From Bacteroidia bacterium (GTDB taxonomy: Bacteria; Bacteroidota; Bacteroidia; JADZBD01), in NCBI GenBank assembly GCA_020054095.1, contig JAGVMA010000068.1:10913-74912 (forward strand): DNA of 64,000 nucleotides. Direction: 5' to 3'. The position numbers and the translations under genes are program-made. Position 1 is the first letter of the stretch; every line of letters begins with the position of its first letter. The notes under the pieces were generated by a model. That model was not told where the DNA came from. It saw only the letters and a list, made by a program, of their open reading frames with translations, and made no database searches. Positions 1 through 9,713 of this stretch are shown piece by piece.

Positions 1-621
1 TTGTATGTAACATCTAACTACAGTAATTTTATTCATAAAATAGATGTGTCTGATCCGCTTAACCCACAAATTGAAGATCAATCACTTGATTTAAACCCTC
101 CTACTTTAGGCAATTCGCTTGATCCGCACGAAGTAATTACATCGCCCACGCACGATAAAATATACGTTGCCTGCATGCGCTCTAACGAAGTTCGTGTTTT
201 AAAAATAAAACCATTTCCACAAGACGATAGTTTGCTTGCCGTAGTTCCTACGGGCATTACACCTTTAGAAATGGCATACTCAATACAGAGAAATTTATTG
301 TTTGTAACTTGCATGGAAGATACTGTTTTGTTTTACACCGGGCGCGGGTGCGTAACCGTGATAGATATGAATACCAATACAGTTGTGAAAAATATTAACG
401 TGGGTTATCAGCCACACGGCCTTGCGGTGGATGATTATAACGGAGTGGTTTACGTAGCCAGTCGAAACTATAGTTCAACGGGGCCGGCACCTCACCACAG
501 TTCATCGTGTGGTGGGCGCAATGGATTTGTTACCACTATTGATATAAATACGCTCGAACTTAAATCGGTGCGCAAGCAAGAAGTGGCTGTTGACCCATAC
601 GGAATGGCAATAAAACAATGA
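1..621 (+). CDS. YncE/YVTN-type beta-propeller protein, C-terminal part (5' truncated by window edge)
   Basis: Repeated blades (MYVTS, IYVAC, LFVTC, VYVAS; V.TG.TP, VG.QPHGLAV). Frame is open from base 1. Confidence 0.75.
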   Translation: MYVTSNYSNFIHKIDVSDPLNPQIEDQSLDLNPPTLGNSLDPHEVITSPTHDKIYVACMRSNEVRVLKIKPFPQDDSLLAVVPTGITPLEMAYSIQRNLLFVTCMEDTVLFYTGRGCVTVIDMNTNTVVKNINVGYQPHGLAVDDYNGVVYVASRNYSSTGPAPHHSSSCGGRNGFVTTIDINTLELKSVRKQEVAVDPYGMAIKQ

Positions 622-732
622 TTTTTTTATAGACCAACTACTAATAGTGTTAGAATAATTAGATTATTTCGGTAGTTTTCTTTTCCTACTTTAGCACTAA
701 ACAAATAATTAACCACTAAATACTCTAACCAA

Positions 733-2898
733 ATGAAGAAAAATCTACTCCTCGCTTTAGGGTTATCGGTTTTTACACTAACCGGTTTTTCGCAAGCAAA
801 CAACAAAAAACCTCAACACGAGTGCAACGAAAAATGTGGCGTAATGCACCACGAGCAGTATTTGCAGCAAATTAACCCTAATCGTAAAACTCAGCGTGAG
901 CAATACGAGCAGCAATTGCAAGAATACATGGCTGCCAATAAAATTAACCCGCAAACAATGTCAGCGGTGGTTACGGTTCCGGTGGTGGTGCATGTAGTTT
1001 ACCAAAATAATGCTGAAAATATTAGCGACCCACAGGTGTTATCTCAAATAACGGTTTTAAATCAAGATTTTGGCCGCACTAATACTGATGCCAATCAAAC
1101 GCCATCTGCATTTGCGGGGGTAGCGGCAAATTGCTCAATACAATTCTGCATGGCCCAGCGCGATCCTCAAGGAAATCCTACCAATGGTATTACGCGCACG
1201 CAAACTACGCTTAGTTCTTTTTCCACTAACGATGCTGTAAAATTTACATCGCAAGGAGGTAGAGATGCTTGGCCAACTACACAGTATATTAATATTTGGG
1301 TATGTGATTTATCCGGTGGCATACTTGGTTATGGTGAGTTTCCAACAGGAAGCCCAAGCAATACCTTTGGTTTAGTGTGTGATTACGCTTATTTTGGGAC
1401 TACCGGAAATGTAAGCCCTCCATTCAATTTAGGTCGCACAGCAACACACGAAATAGGTCACTGCTTTAATCTGTTTCATATTTGGGGAGACGATGGCACT
1501 TCATGTAGCGGTTCTGACCAATGTGCCGATACTCCCAACCAAGCTGATGAAAATTATGGCTGCCCAACTTTTCCTAATGTATCATGTACAAATGGCCCTA
1601 ATGGTGATATGCACATGAACTATATGGATTATACCGATGATGCTTGTATGAATATGTTTACACAAGGTCAATCAACGAGAATGAATGCCGTATTGAGTAC
1701 TACACCTTATAATGCACTTACAACTTCAAACGGTTGTCAACCGGTTAACCAAGTAGGTTTAGATGCAGGCATATTTGGTATTATTTCGCCATCGGGCAAT
1801 TTATGCAGCACCACATTTACTCCGCAAGTTACGCTTCGTAATTTCGGAACAACCGCTTTAACATCGTGTGTTATAAATTACCGCATAGATAATAATACTA
1901 ACCAAACATTTAACTGGACGGGTAATTTGGCAACAAACACAACTACCAACGTTACGTTACCACCAATGACCACAACCGGTGGCGCGCATACATTTACCGC
2001 ATTTACCACTAATCCTAATAACGGAACAGATGGTCAATCATCTAACGACCAAATGGTAGGAAGCTTTAACGTATTCTCTTCGGGGCAAAACCTGCCATTT
2101 ATTGAAGGTTTTGAGGGTACAGCATTTGTTCCACCTAACTGGACATTGAATAACCCTGATGCTTCTACAACTTGGATACGTACTACAACGGCCGCCAAAA
2201 CAGGCGTTGCCTCTGCAAGTATTGATAACTATAATTACAATGCCAGTGGTGAGCGCGATGAAATGGTTACTCCGCCAATTAACCTATCATCAATGCAAAG
2301 TCCGCAATTAACATTCCAAGTGGCATATCGGATGTACACCGATCCGGCAAGTAATCCTAATTTCTCTGATTCATTGCGCGTATTAGTATCTACTGATTGT
2401 GGCGTAACTTATACCAGCATCTATTTCAAATTTGGAACACAGTTAACCACCATTACTCCTACATTCAGCAACACACAATTTGTGCCTACTCAAAACCAAT
2501 GGAGAATGGAAACTGTGAGTTTAACTTCTTACGCATCGTCTCAAAATGCAATTTTCAAATTCCGTAACATTACGCAATACGAAAACATGCTTTACATTGA
2601 TGATATAAATATTAATGGTGTTACCAGCATAAACGAAAACATATTGAACGCTAACATTAATGTTTTCCCTAACCCTGCTAATACCGAAGTGTTTGTTGAT
2701 ATAGCTAACATTACTGAAACCGATCTTACAATTAAGGTTTATGATGTGGTAGGGCAGTTGGTAGATGCAGTAATGGTACAAAACACCGTAGGTGGCACTT
2801 ACCGTTTTAACATGGCTGATAAACAAAATGGAGTTTATTTCATTGAAGTATCAACAAATGGTGGCACAGTTACCAAAAAACTATTGCTAACTCATTAA
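733..2898 (+). CDS. M43 (pappalysin/ulilysin) zinc metalloprotease with accessory beta-domains and T9SS C-terminal domain
   Basis: Signal peptide, prodomain KCG cysteine switch, VPVVVHVV, GRTATHEIGHCFNLFH zinc motif, MNYMDY Met-turn, C-terminal VFPNP...GVYFIEV...TKKL. Confidence 0.92.
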   Translation: MKKNLLLALGLSVFTLTGFSQANNKKPQHECNEKCGVMHHEQYLQQINPNRKTQREQYEQQLQEYMAANKINPQTMSAVVTVPVVVHVVYQNNAENISDPQVLSQITVLNQDFGRTNTDANQTPSAFAGVAANCSIQFCMAQRDPQGNPTNGITRTQTTLSSFSTNDAVKFTSQGGRDAWPTTQYINIWVCDLSGGILGYGEFPTGSPSNTFGLVCDYAYFGTTGNVSPPFNLGRTATHEIGHCFNLFHIWGDDGTSCSGSDQCADTPNQADENYGCPTFPNVSCTNGPNGDMHMNYMDYTDDACMNMFTQGQSTRMNAVLSTTPYNALTTSNGCQPVNQVGLDAGIFGIISPSGNLCSTTFTPQVTLRNFGTTALTSCVINYRIDNNTNQTFNWTGNLATNTTTNVTLPPMTTTGGAHTFTAFTTNPNNGTDGQSSNDQMVGSFNVFSSGQNLPFIEGFEGTAFVPPNWTLNNPDASTTWIRTTTAAKTGVASASIDNYNYNASGERDEMVTPPINLSSMQSPQLTFQVAYRMYTDPASNPNFSDSLRVLVSTDCGVTYTSIYFKFGTQLTTITPTFSNTQFVPTQNQWRMETVSLTSYASSQNAIFKFRNITQYENMLYIDDININGVTSINENILNANINVFPNPANTEVFVDIANITETDLTIKVYDVVGQLVDAVMVQNTVGGTYRFNMADKQNGVYFIEVSTNGGTVTKKLLLTH

Positions 2899-2920
2899 TT
2901 CAATTTCTAATTTCTGATTT

Positions 2921-2955
2921 AAAAAAACCTCTCGAATGCATTCGAGAGGTTTTTT
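2921..2955 (+). terminator. Intrinsic terminator after first M43 gene
   Basis: Perfect inverted repeat AAAAAACCTCTCGAA-TGCA-TTCGAGAGGTTTTTT, 22 nt after the stop. Confidence 0.88.
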
Positions 2956-3013
2956 GCTTTTTACAATTATATATCTACATTAGCAATCAGAAACCTTCAA
3001 GCTAAACGAAATC

Positions 3014-4285
3014 ATGAAAAAAACCTTACTAACTTTTGCATCGGCAGCTTTGTTATCATTGCCGCTAATTGCCCAAAATGGCCGCACATGCGGTACAGCA
3101 CCCATGCCCCAAGATTGCGACTGGATTACTAAAAAAATATTAGAAGACGCTGCCAATAAATTATCACCGGATGATGCTCAGGCAGTATACAATATACCCG
3201 TAATTGTTCACGTTATACACAATGGCGAAAACGTGGGAACGGGAACAAATGTCAGCCAAGCTCAAATTAATTCACAATTTGATGTTCTCAACGAAGACTT
3301 TAATAAATTAAATGCCGATTTCACTACCGTGTGCCCATCCGTATTTCAACCAGTGGCAGCTGACTGTGATATTAACTGGTGCAAAGCATTGCGTGACCCA
3401 CAAGGTAACACACTTACTGAGCCTGGAATAGACCGCATTAACAGAAATACAATGGGATGGACTGCACCTCCATATAGCACGTCTTATATTAATGGTACAA
3501 TAAAACCTAATACAATATGGGATGTGAACAATTACTGTAATATATGGATTATGAATTTAGGAGGTGGGCTTTTGGGCTATGCTACTTTCCCTGCCGGATC
3601 TACTCTTACTTGTCTATCCACCCCATTTGGCAATACTACCAACGATGGTGTTGTTTGTCTTTATAATGCTTTTGGGCGTGTAGGTAACGTAGCAGCACCA
3701 TTCAACAAAGGTCGTACTGCAACACACGAATTAGGTCATTGGTTAGGTTTGCGTCACATTTGGGGCGATGCCAACTGCGGTTCAGATTGTGTTACTGATA
3801 CTCCTGCACAACAAACATATAACTTCGGCTGCCCCACTTTCCCTTCAGTTACATGCAACAATGGCCCTAATGGCGATATGTTTGTGAATTATATGGATTA
3901 TGTGGATGATGCTTGTATGGTAATGTTTACTACCGGCCAGCGCACACGTGTACAAACCTGTATGGCTAATGGAACATATCGTGTGCCACTTAATAACTCT
4001 ACAGTTTGTTCGCTATCTACATCAGTTAATGATATTGATAACAAGAACAAATTTAACCTATACCCTAATCCTACATCCGGTATAGTTACCATTGAGCCAT
4101 TGGATAATTCAACTAATGTGAACTTGTTGATAACCAACGCAGTTGGCGAAATAGTATTTTCGCAACAATACACTACTATGCAAAAAACCAATGTTGATTT
4201 AACAAGTTTTGGTGCGGGAGTTTATTTTGTAGAAATAAGCAATGCAATCGGTAAGTCAACTCAAAAACTTGTTTTATCTAAATAA
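3014..4285 (+). CDS. M43 zinc metalloprotease with T9SS C-terminal domain (paralog of upstream gene)
   Basis: Signal peptide, RTCG switch, IPVIVHVI, GRTATHELGHWLGLRH, VNYMDY, LYPNP...GVYFVEI. Confidence 0.92.
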   Translation: MKKTLLTFASAALLSLPLIAQNGRTCGTAPMPQDCDWITKKILEDAANKLSPDDAQAVYNIPVIVHVIHNGENVGTGTNVSQAQINSQFDVLNEDFNKLNADFTTVCPSVFQPVAADCDINWCKALRDPQGNTLTEPGIDRINRNTMGWTAPPYSTSYINGTIKPNTIWDVNNYCNIWIMNLGGGLLGYATFPAGSTLTCLSTPFGNTTNDGVVCLYNAFGRVGNVAAPFNKGRTATHELGHWLGLRHIWGDANCGSDCVTDTPAQQTYNFGCPTFPSVTCNNGPNGDMFVNYMDYVDDACMVMFTTGQRTRVQTCMANGTYRVPLNNSTVCSLSTSVNDIDNKNKFNLYPNPTSGIVTIEPLDNSTNVNLLITNAVGEIVFSQQYTTMQKTNVDLTSFGAGVYFVEISNAIGKSTQKLVLSK

Positions 4286-4304
4286 TTTTTAATTTTTTTT
4301 ATGC

Positions 4305-4334
4305 AAAGCGCTCCGCCCAAAGGCGGAGCGTTTT
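4305..4334 (+). terminator. Intrinsic terminator after second M43 gene
   Basis: CGCTCCGCC-CAAA-GGCGGAGCG stem-loop followed by TTTT. Confidence 0.85.
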
Positions 4335-4347
4335 CTGTTTCAATACG

Positions 4348-4355
4348 TATCTTTG
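4348..4355 (+). promoter_or_regulatory. Bacteroidota -7 promoter element for mqnE
   Basis: TATCTTTG matches TAnnTTTG; lies after the terminator and 5 nt before ATG 4361. Confidence 0.7.
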
Positions 4356-4360
4356 CGCAC

Positions 4361-5509
4361 ATGGAACAAGTTTTTAACCTTACTACTGATAAAAAATTAA
4401 AAGCAATTGCCGAAAAAGTAATAGCAACTGAGCGAATTAATAACGAAGAAGGGCTGATGCTTTATCAGGCAGACCTTGCTTTTGTAGGTGCATTGGCAAA
4501 TTACATCCGTGAAGAAAAACACGATAGCAATACCTATTTCAATAGAAACTTCCACATTGAACCAACAAATATTTGCGTTTTCGATTGTAAGTTTTGTTCC
4601 TATTCGCGCTTATTGAAACAAAAGGATGGGCAATGGGAATTAACTGCCGACCAAATGTTCGATATTGTAAAATCGTATGATGGGCAGCCTGTAACTGAGG
4701 TTCATATTGTGGGCGGAGTACATCCTAAAATGGGCCTTCAGTTTTTTGCCGATATTTTAAAGCGGATAAAAAAACATCGCCCCGATTTACATATAAAAGC
4801 ATTTACTGCCGTAGAATTAGAATATATGTTCCGAAAGGCTAAGTTGAGTTTTGCCGATGGATTAAAATTGCTGAAAGAACATGGTTTAGACTCTTTGCCC
4901 GGTGGAGGTGCTGAGATTTTTGATGAATCTATTCGTAATCAAATAGCCGAAGATAAATGCACATCGGAACAGTGGCTCGAAATACACGAAACTGCACACC
5001 AACTTGGAATACCATCAAATGCTACAATGCTTTACGGCCATCTGGAAAATTACGAACACCGCATTAATCACATGCATCGTTTGCGCGATGTGCAAGACAG
5101 AACAAACGGGTTTAATACTTTTATCCCACTTAAGTTCAGAAACAAAGACAATCAGATGTCGCACATTGCGGAGGTGAGTGTGATAGAAGATTTAAAAAAT
5201 TACGCAGTATCGCGTATTTACTTGGATAACTTTTCGCACATAAAAGCTTATTGGCCAATGATTGGGCGCACTACGACACAGCTTTCGCTTTCTTTTGGAG
5301 TAGATGATATTGATGGCACTATTGACGATAGTACAAAAATTTACACCATGGCCGGTTCTGAAGAACAAATTCCAAAACTTACCACACAACAATTAGTAGA
5401 GCTAATAAAAAATGTAAAACGCACGCCTATTGAGCGCGACACGCTTTATAATATTGTGAAAAATTATATGGATTACGATTTTGCTTCAGAAAAAACAACA
5501 CTCGCTTAG
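4361..5509 (+). CDS. mqnE: Aminofutalosine synthase MqnE (radical SAM, futalosine menaquinone pathway)
   Basis: EPTNICVFDCKFC (CxxxCxxC), EVHIVGG, KAFTAVE, PGGGAE, NATMLYGH, HIKAYW, GVDDIDGT. Start moved from 4301 to 4361 because the extension spans a terminator and promoter. Confidence 0.85.
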   Translation: MEQVFNLTTDKKLKAIAEKVIATERINNEEGLMLYQADLAFVGALANYIREEKHDSNTYFNRNFHIEPTNICVFDCKFCSYSRLLKQKDGQWELTADQMFDIVKSYDGQPVTEVHIVGGVHPKMGLQFFADILKRIKKHRPDLHIKAFTAVELEYMFRKAKLSFADGLKLLKEHGLDSLPGGGAEIFDESIRNQIAEDKCTSEQWLEIHETAHQLGIPSNATMLYGHLENYEHRINHMHRLRDVQDRTNGFNTFIPLKFRNKDNQMSHIAEVSVIEDLKNYAVSRIYLDNFSHIKAYWPMIGRTTTQLSLSFGVDDIDGTIDDSTKIYTMAGSEEQIPKLTTQQLVELIKNVKRTPIERDTLYNIVKNYMDYDFASEKTTLA

Positions 5510-7473
5510 CTCCCGAGTTTTTTTATTGCTTTAAATATTATTGTTAAATCATTCCAAGCACGGTAGTCTTTGGCGTAAAGCATGTTGATTCTATCAGCAG
5601 TTTCTTGATTAATGTTTTTATTTCCAGATGCTGTGGATGGAAGAATAATCCCCGGCTTTATAAAAGTAAGTTTTTTGTTCTGTATTGTTTTATCCTCGAT
5701 ACCCACCCAAGTTTTTAATCCCAGCCCTACAGTAAAAATATTTCCTAAAAATCGGAAAGGATTTTTTACAATAAAAAACAAAATAGGTAACAGCAGTAAT
5801 AACAAAGTGCTTACGGTTATATCTATAATACGTTTGTTTCGTTTATTTATTGGTTTTGATATTGAGTTAATATCAATTGTATATAAATCGCCCGAAGTAT
5901 CAATGGAATTGCTGCCAATAACAGATAGACTTTCGGGAGGAGCAATTTTATAATCAACCGGATTGTCGCCAGATTTCAGCATGTTATCAATAATGATTTG
6001 CGCTGCTACATCTTTCGCACAAAAAATTACTTCATCTATTTTGTAAATATCAATCGCTTCTTGTAGTTGACTTATGTTGCCAAGTGTAACCTCTGTTTTT
6101 TTATTTTCTGTATTTTCTGATACAAGAATTTGCCCTACAAAAGATGTTTTTAAGTGCGTTTGTTTTAGCAAATTATTCACTCTTTTAAATTCATCGGCAT
6201 CGCCTACAATGGCAATTCGTTTATTCTCGTTTGCATTCAGCAAATGGTTTTTTATTCCCAATAAGTGTAATGTAATTCTTAGAAAGGTAATTATTGCTGC
6301 TGCCCAAGCCGCACCAATCAATATAAGTGCTCGTGAAAATCGTAACGATTCGGGTAACAACGCATAAATTACCAAAATACCAATAGTGCCAACTACAATG
6401 CCTCTAACAATTTTCGAAATTTTCAGGGATTTATCGTAGCCGCCACTTAAATAGGTCGTACATAGCCAAACAAAAATATAGGTTGGTACCACATATAGCA
6501 TGTATTCGGGTGGATAGAAACCACTTTCTTCTGATTTTATTTCATGTTCATAGTAATTTTTTATGAAATAAAATCCACAATATATTAATAGGGAATCAAC
6601 AAGCGGTAAAAATATTTTTTTTATAAAACGCGAAACAATGGCCGCAGCTGCTCTCAAATAGATAGCAAGTTTTATAAAAAAAGAAAAAAGTTTTGCGTTG
6701 CCTTGAGAGAAGTGCTTACGTGCAAAAATTATCATTGCGTTGTAAAACACAAACACATAGTTCACACTCGATTTTTTTGTGCTTTCGCCCTTATAGTGAA
6801 TAATGCGTGTGCCTGAGTAATAATAGTTTTTATATCCCGCTTTTATAATTCTGTATGATAAGTCCACATCTTCTCCATACATAAAAAAATCTTCATCAAG
6901 CAAACCCACTTTGTCTAAAACAGTTTTTCGCATCATCATATATGCGCCCGATAAAATTTCGATGCTGTGATTTTCATCTCTGTTTAAAAATCCTAAATGA
7001 TATTTCCCGAAAATTTTAGATGATGGAAATACGCGCGCAAAACCAAAGATTTTAAAGAACGCAACTGCCGGTGTTGGTAATCCCCTTTTTGATTCGGGTA
7101 AAAAGTTTCCTTTCCCATCTATCATCTTCACCCCAAGTCCGCCTGCATCAGCGCGCTCATCCATGAATTTTGCGCATTTTACAAATGTGTCTTCTTCTAC
7201 AATGGTATCAGGGTTTAACAATAAAATATATTCACCGGTTGCTATTTTAATTGCTTGGTTATTAGCAAACGAAAAACCGGTGTTTGTTTTATTTTCAATT
7301 AGTTTTATTTCCGGAAATTTTTGTTTTATCATCGCAACCGATCCATCTACCGAGTTATTATCAACCACAAAAACTTCGGCCAACATATTTTTAGTAGCCT
7401 TGCGCACCGAGTGGAGGCATTGTTCTAAAAAATGCTCAACATTATAGTTTACTATTATTACCGATAGTTTCAT
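5506..7473 (-). CDS. GT2 glycosyltransferase fused to WcaJ-like membrane and Rossmann-like domains and a degenerate sugar-transferase tail
   Basis: LSVIIVNYN, VVDNNS.DGS, N.GFS.ANN, LLLNPD, FFMYGEDVD; TM helices; RIAIVG...IDEVIFC; KRIIDI...KPGI...D..YA..Y..WNDL.I tail. Confidence 0.85.
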   Translation of the reverse strand: MKLSVIIVNYNVEHFLEQCLHSVRKATKNMLAEVFVVDNNSVDGSVAMIKQKFPEIKLIENKTNTGFSFANNQAIKIATGEYILLLNPDTIVEEDTFVKCAKFMDERADAGGLGVKMIDGKGNFLPESKRGLPTPAVAFFKIFGFARVFPSSKIFGKYHLGFLNRDENHSIEILSGAYMMMRKTVLDKVGLLDEDFFMYGEDVDLSYRIIKAGYKNYYYSGTRIIHYKGESTKKSSVNYVFVFYNAMIIFARKHFSQGNAKLFSFFIKLAIYLRAAAAIVSRFIKKIFLPLVDSLLIYCGFYFIKNYYEHEIKSEESGFYPPEYMLYVVPTYIFVWLCTTYLSGGYDKSLKISKIVRGIVVGTIGILVIYALLPESLRFSRALILIGAAWAAAIITFLRITLHLLGIKNHLLNANENKRIAIVGDADEFKRVNNLLKQTHLKTSFVGQILVSENTENKKTEVTLGNISQLQEAIDIYKIDEVIFCAKDVAAQIIIDNMLKSGDNPVDYKIAPPESLSVIGSNSIDTSGDLYTIDINSISKPINKRNKRIIDITVSTLLLLLLPILFFIVKNPFRFLGNIFTVGLGLKTWVGIEDKTIQNKKLTFIKPGIILPSTASGNKNINQETADRINMLYAKDYRAWNDLTIIFKAIKKLGS

Positions 7474-7474
7474 T

Positions 7475-8089
7475 TTAAAATGCTCGTTCGTATGGAACCC
7501 TGTTTACTATTGAACGCCCAAGTGTTATTTCATCAGCATACTCAAGTTCATCACCGATAGATACACCGCGAGCGATGGTGGTAATATTTATGCTGGCAAA
7601 ATCTTTCATGCGCTTGTAAATATAAAAGTTAGTGGTATCGCCTTCCATAGTGGTGCTTAGTGCCATTATTATTTCTTTTATCTCGTTTCGTTTTGCCTTT
7701 TCTACTAACGATTCAATCGTTAAATTGGATGGCCCAATTCCTTCCATAGGAGAAATTAATCCACCTAAAACGTGATATACACCTTTATATTGTTGTGTAT
7801 TTTCAATGGCCATCACATCGCGCACATCTTCAACCACACAAACGGTTTCCATGTCTCTTTTTGGCGATGCACATATCTCACATATTTCGTAATCAGAAAT
7901 GTTATGACAGTTTTTACAAAACCTTATTTCATCTTTAAGTCGTAAAAATGTGGTGCCGAATAAATCAATCTCGCTCTTTTCTTGTTTCAGCAAATGAAGC
8001 ACAAAGCGCAATGCCGTTTTTTTACCCACACCCGGTAAACTCGAAAATCGGTTAACTGCTTCTTCAATCAGTTTCGAAGAAAAATTCAT
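7475..8089 (-). CDS. recR: Recombination mediator RecR
   Basis: [11 protein letters not shown]hH, CKNC...CEIC zinc finger, CVVED Toprim, YHVLGG, ELEYAD. Start set at MNFSSK (8089). Confidence 0.96.
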   Translation of the reverse strand: MNFSSKLIEEAVNRFSSLPGVGKKTALRFVLHLLKQEKSEIDLFGTTFLRLKDEIRFCKNCHNISDYEICEICASPKRDMETVCVVEDVRDVMAIENTQQYKGVYHVLGGLISPMEGIGPSNLTIESLVEKAKRNEIKEIIMALSTTMEGDTTNFYIYKRMKDFASINITTIARGVSIGDELEYADEITLGRSIVNRVPYERAF

Positions 8090-8144
8090 GCTATAAAAAT
8101 AGCAATAAATTACCCTTTCCATGTTTTTAATAACTTTGGTTGTC

Positions 8145-9713
8145 ATGAAAAAATTGAAAACATACTGTTTTATTTTCATACAGTTTTTTTGTGCTGTCAT
8201 TTTTGCAAATGCTGGCGATACTTTTTTTTCTGCATCTATTGTGCATGATATAAATGTGATTTTTTCGCAACCCGCTTTTTGGGATTCGCTCACAAGCTAC
8301 AAGGCAATTAATGACATAAACCCGCAAGCGCCTGCTCTGTTTTTAAAAGGAAATGTAATTATTGATGGAGTTCCACTTAATTTGGTGGGAGTAAGACTAA
8401 AAGGAAATTCGAGTTACGCACATCCGGGACAGAAGAAACCGCTTAAAATTTCGTTTGATGAATTTGTAAGCGGGCAAGAATATGATGGGTTGAAATCTTT
8501 TCATTTAAATAACAGTTCATTTGACCCCACGATGATAAGAGAAAAAATGTTTTTGGATATTCTAAATAAACATCAGTTGGCGGCACCGCGTTGCGCATTT
8601 GCACGCTTAAGTTACAATGGTAATTACGTTGGACTTTATAAAGTTATTGAAACAGTTGATAAAACTTTTTTAAGAGATAGATTTAATGATAACGATGGTA
8701 ATTTATTTAAAGGTGATCCGATTACGCCATTGAAATGGGAAGGCACAAGCCAATCTGCCTATTACGATAACTTTGAGTTAAAAACAAACGAAATACTAAA
8801 TGACTGGTCGGATTTGGTTCAGCTTATTAATGTTATTAATAATAGTGGTTCAAGCTTTAAAACGCTCATTGAACAAAATTTCGATGTACATACCTATTTA
8901 AAAATTTGGGCTGCAAATAATTTGTTCGTGAATTTTGATACCTACTTTATAAATCCACATAATTTTTATTTGTATAACGATTCAGCAGCAAACAAATTTA
9001 GGTGGATATCTTGGGACATTGGACTTGCATTTGGTGTCTACCCTTCTTTCTGGAACAGATCTCCGGCAGAAACAGATATACTATACTTGCCCGGTAATCC
9101 GAACGATTTACCATTGAGCAAAAATTTATATGAAGTAGAAGAATACAAAAACGAATATTTGGCCTATGTGTGTGAATTTATGTATGATGATTTTGTGCCG
9201 GCAAAGCTTTATAAAATTATTGACAGTTTGGCAATCGTAACTCGCCCTCATATATATGCCGAGCCCGATTCAAATCAAATGTATAACGAATCGCAGTTCG
9301 AGGGCAATTTGAATTTTTCAAGTACTCAATTGTTTTTTGGCAGCCAAGTACCCGGCATAAAAACTTTTATTGCCGAGCGATGGAGTAAAGTAGCGCAGCA
9401 ACTTTGCGAATACAATTGGAGTTGTATTTTGGGCGGATATTACGAAGTAACAGACGAGAATTACTCAATCTTATTCCCCAATCCGGCCACCGATAAATTA
9501 AATGTTAGTTTTTCTTTCCCTGAATACAATGCTGCTTTTGAATATAAAATTGTTGACATGGCAGGTAATGTTTTGCTGCACGAAAACAAATCACTTGTAA
9601 GAGGCACAACCACACAAATAATAAACATTGCTAATTTAGCTGCCGGAGTTTATGCGTTATATATAAATGCCGGTTGCAGAGATGTTCGCAATAAATTTGT
9701 AGTTATAAAATGA
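8145..9713 (+). CDS. CotH-family protein kinase with T9SS C-terminal domain
   Basis: [28 protein letters not shown]...E.VD, N.D.Y...HNFYLY, WISWD...AFG; LFPNP...GVY CTD. Start at MKKLK, with TAACTTTG at 8131-8138. Confidence 0.88.
   Translation: MKKLKTYCFIFIQFFCAVIFANAGDTFFSASIVHDINVIFSQPAFWDSLTSYKAINDINPQAPALFLKGNVIIDGVPLNLVGVRLKGNSSYAHPGQKKPLKISFDEFVSGQEYDGLKSFHLNNSSFDPTMIREKMFLDILNKHQLAAPRCAFARLSYNGNYVGLYKVIETVDKTFLRDRFNDNDGNLFKGDPITPLKWEGTSQSAYYDNFELKTNEILNDWSDLVQLINVINNSGSSFKTLIEQNFDVHTYLKIWAANNLFVNFDTYFINPHNFYLYNDSAANKFRWISWDIGLAFGVYPSFWNRSPAETDILYLPGNPNDLPLSKNLYEVEEYKNEYLAYVCEFMYDDFVPAKLYKIIDSLAIVTRPHIYAEPDSNQMYNESQFEGNLNFSSTQLFFGSQVPGIKTFIAERWSKVAQQLCEYNWSCILGGYYEVTDENYSILFPNPATDKLNVSFSFPEYNAAFEYKIVDMAGNVLLHENKSLVRGTTTQIINIANLAAGVYALYINAGCRDVRNKFVVIK

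Noticed and set aside
4301..4360. N-terminal extension of MqnE (and similarly 46190-46303 for the helicase, 38687-38776 for DUF4476)
   Set aside because: The extensions run through terminator or promoter sequence, or precede the evident signal peptide.
8090..8293. 68-aa N-terminal extension of RecR overlapping cotH
   Set aside because: RecR homology begins at MNFSSK (8089); the extension is an antisense read-through of cotH.
8145..9713. Evidence of sporulation (CotH)
   Set aside because: CotH kinases are widespread in non-sporulating bacteria, and this one has a T9SS tail.
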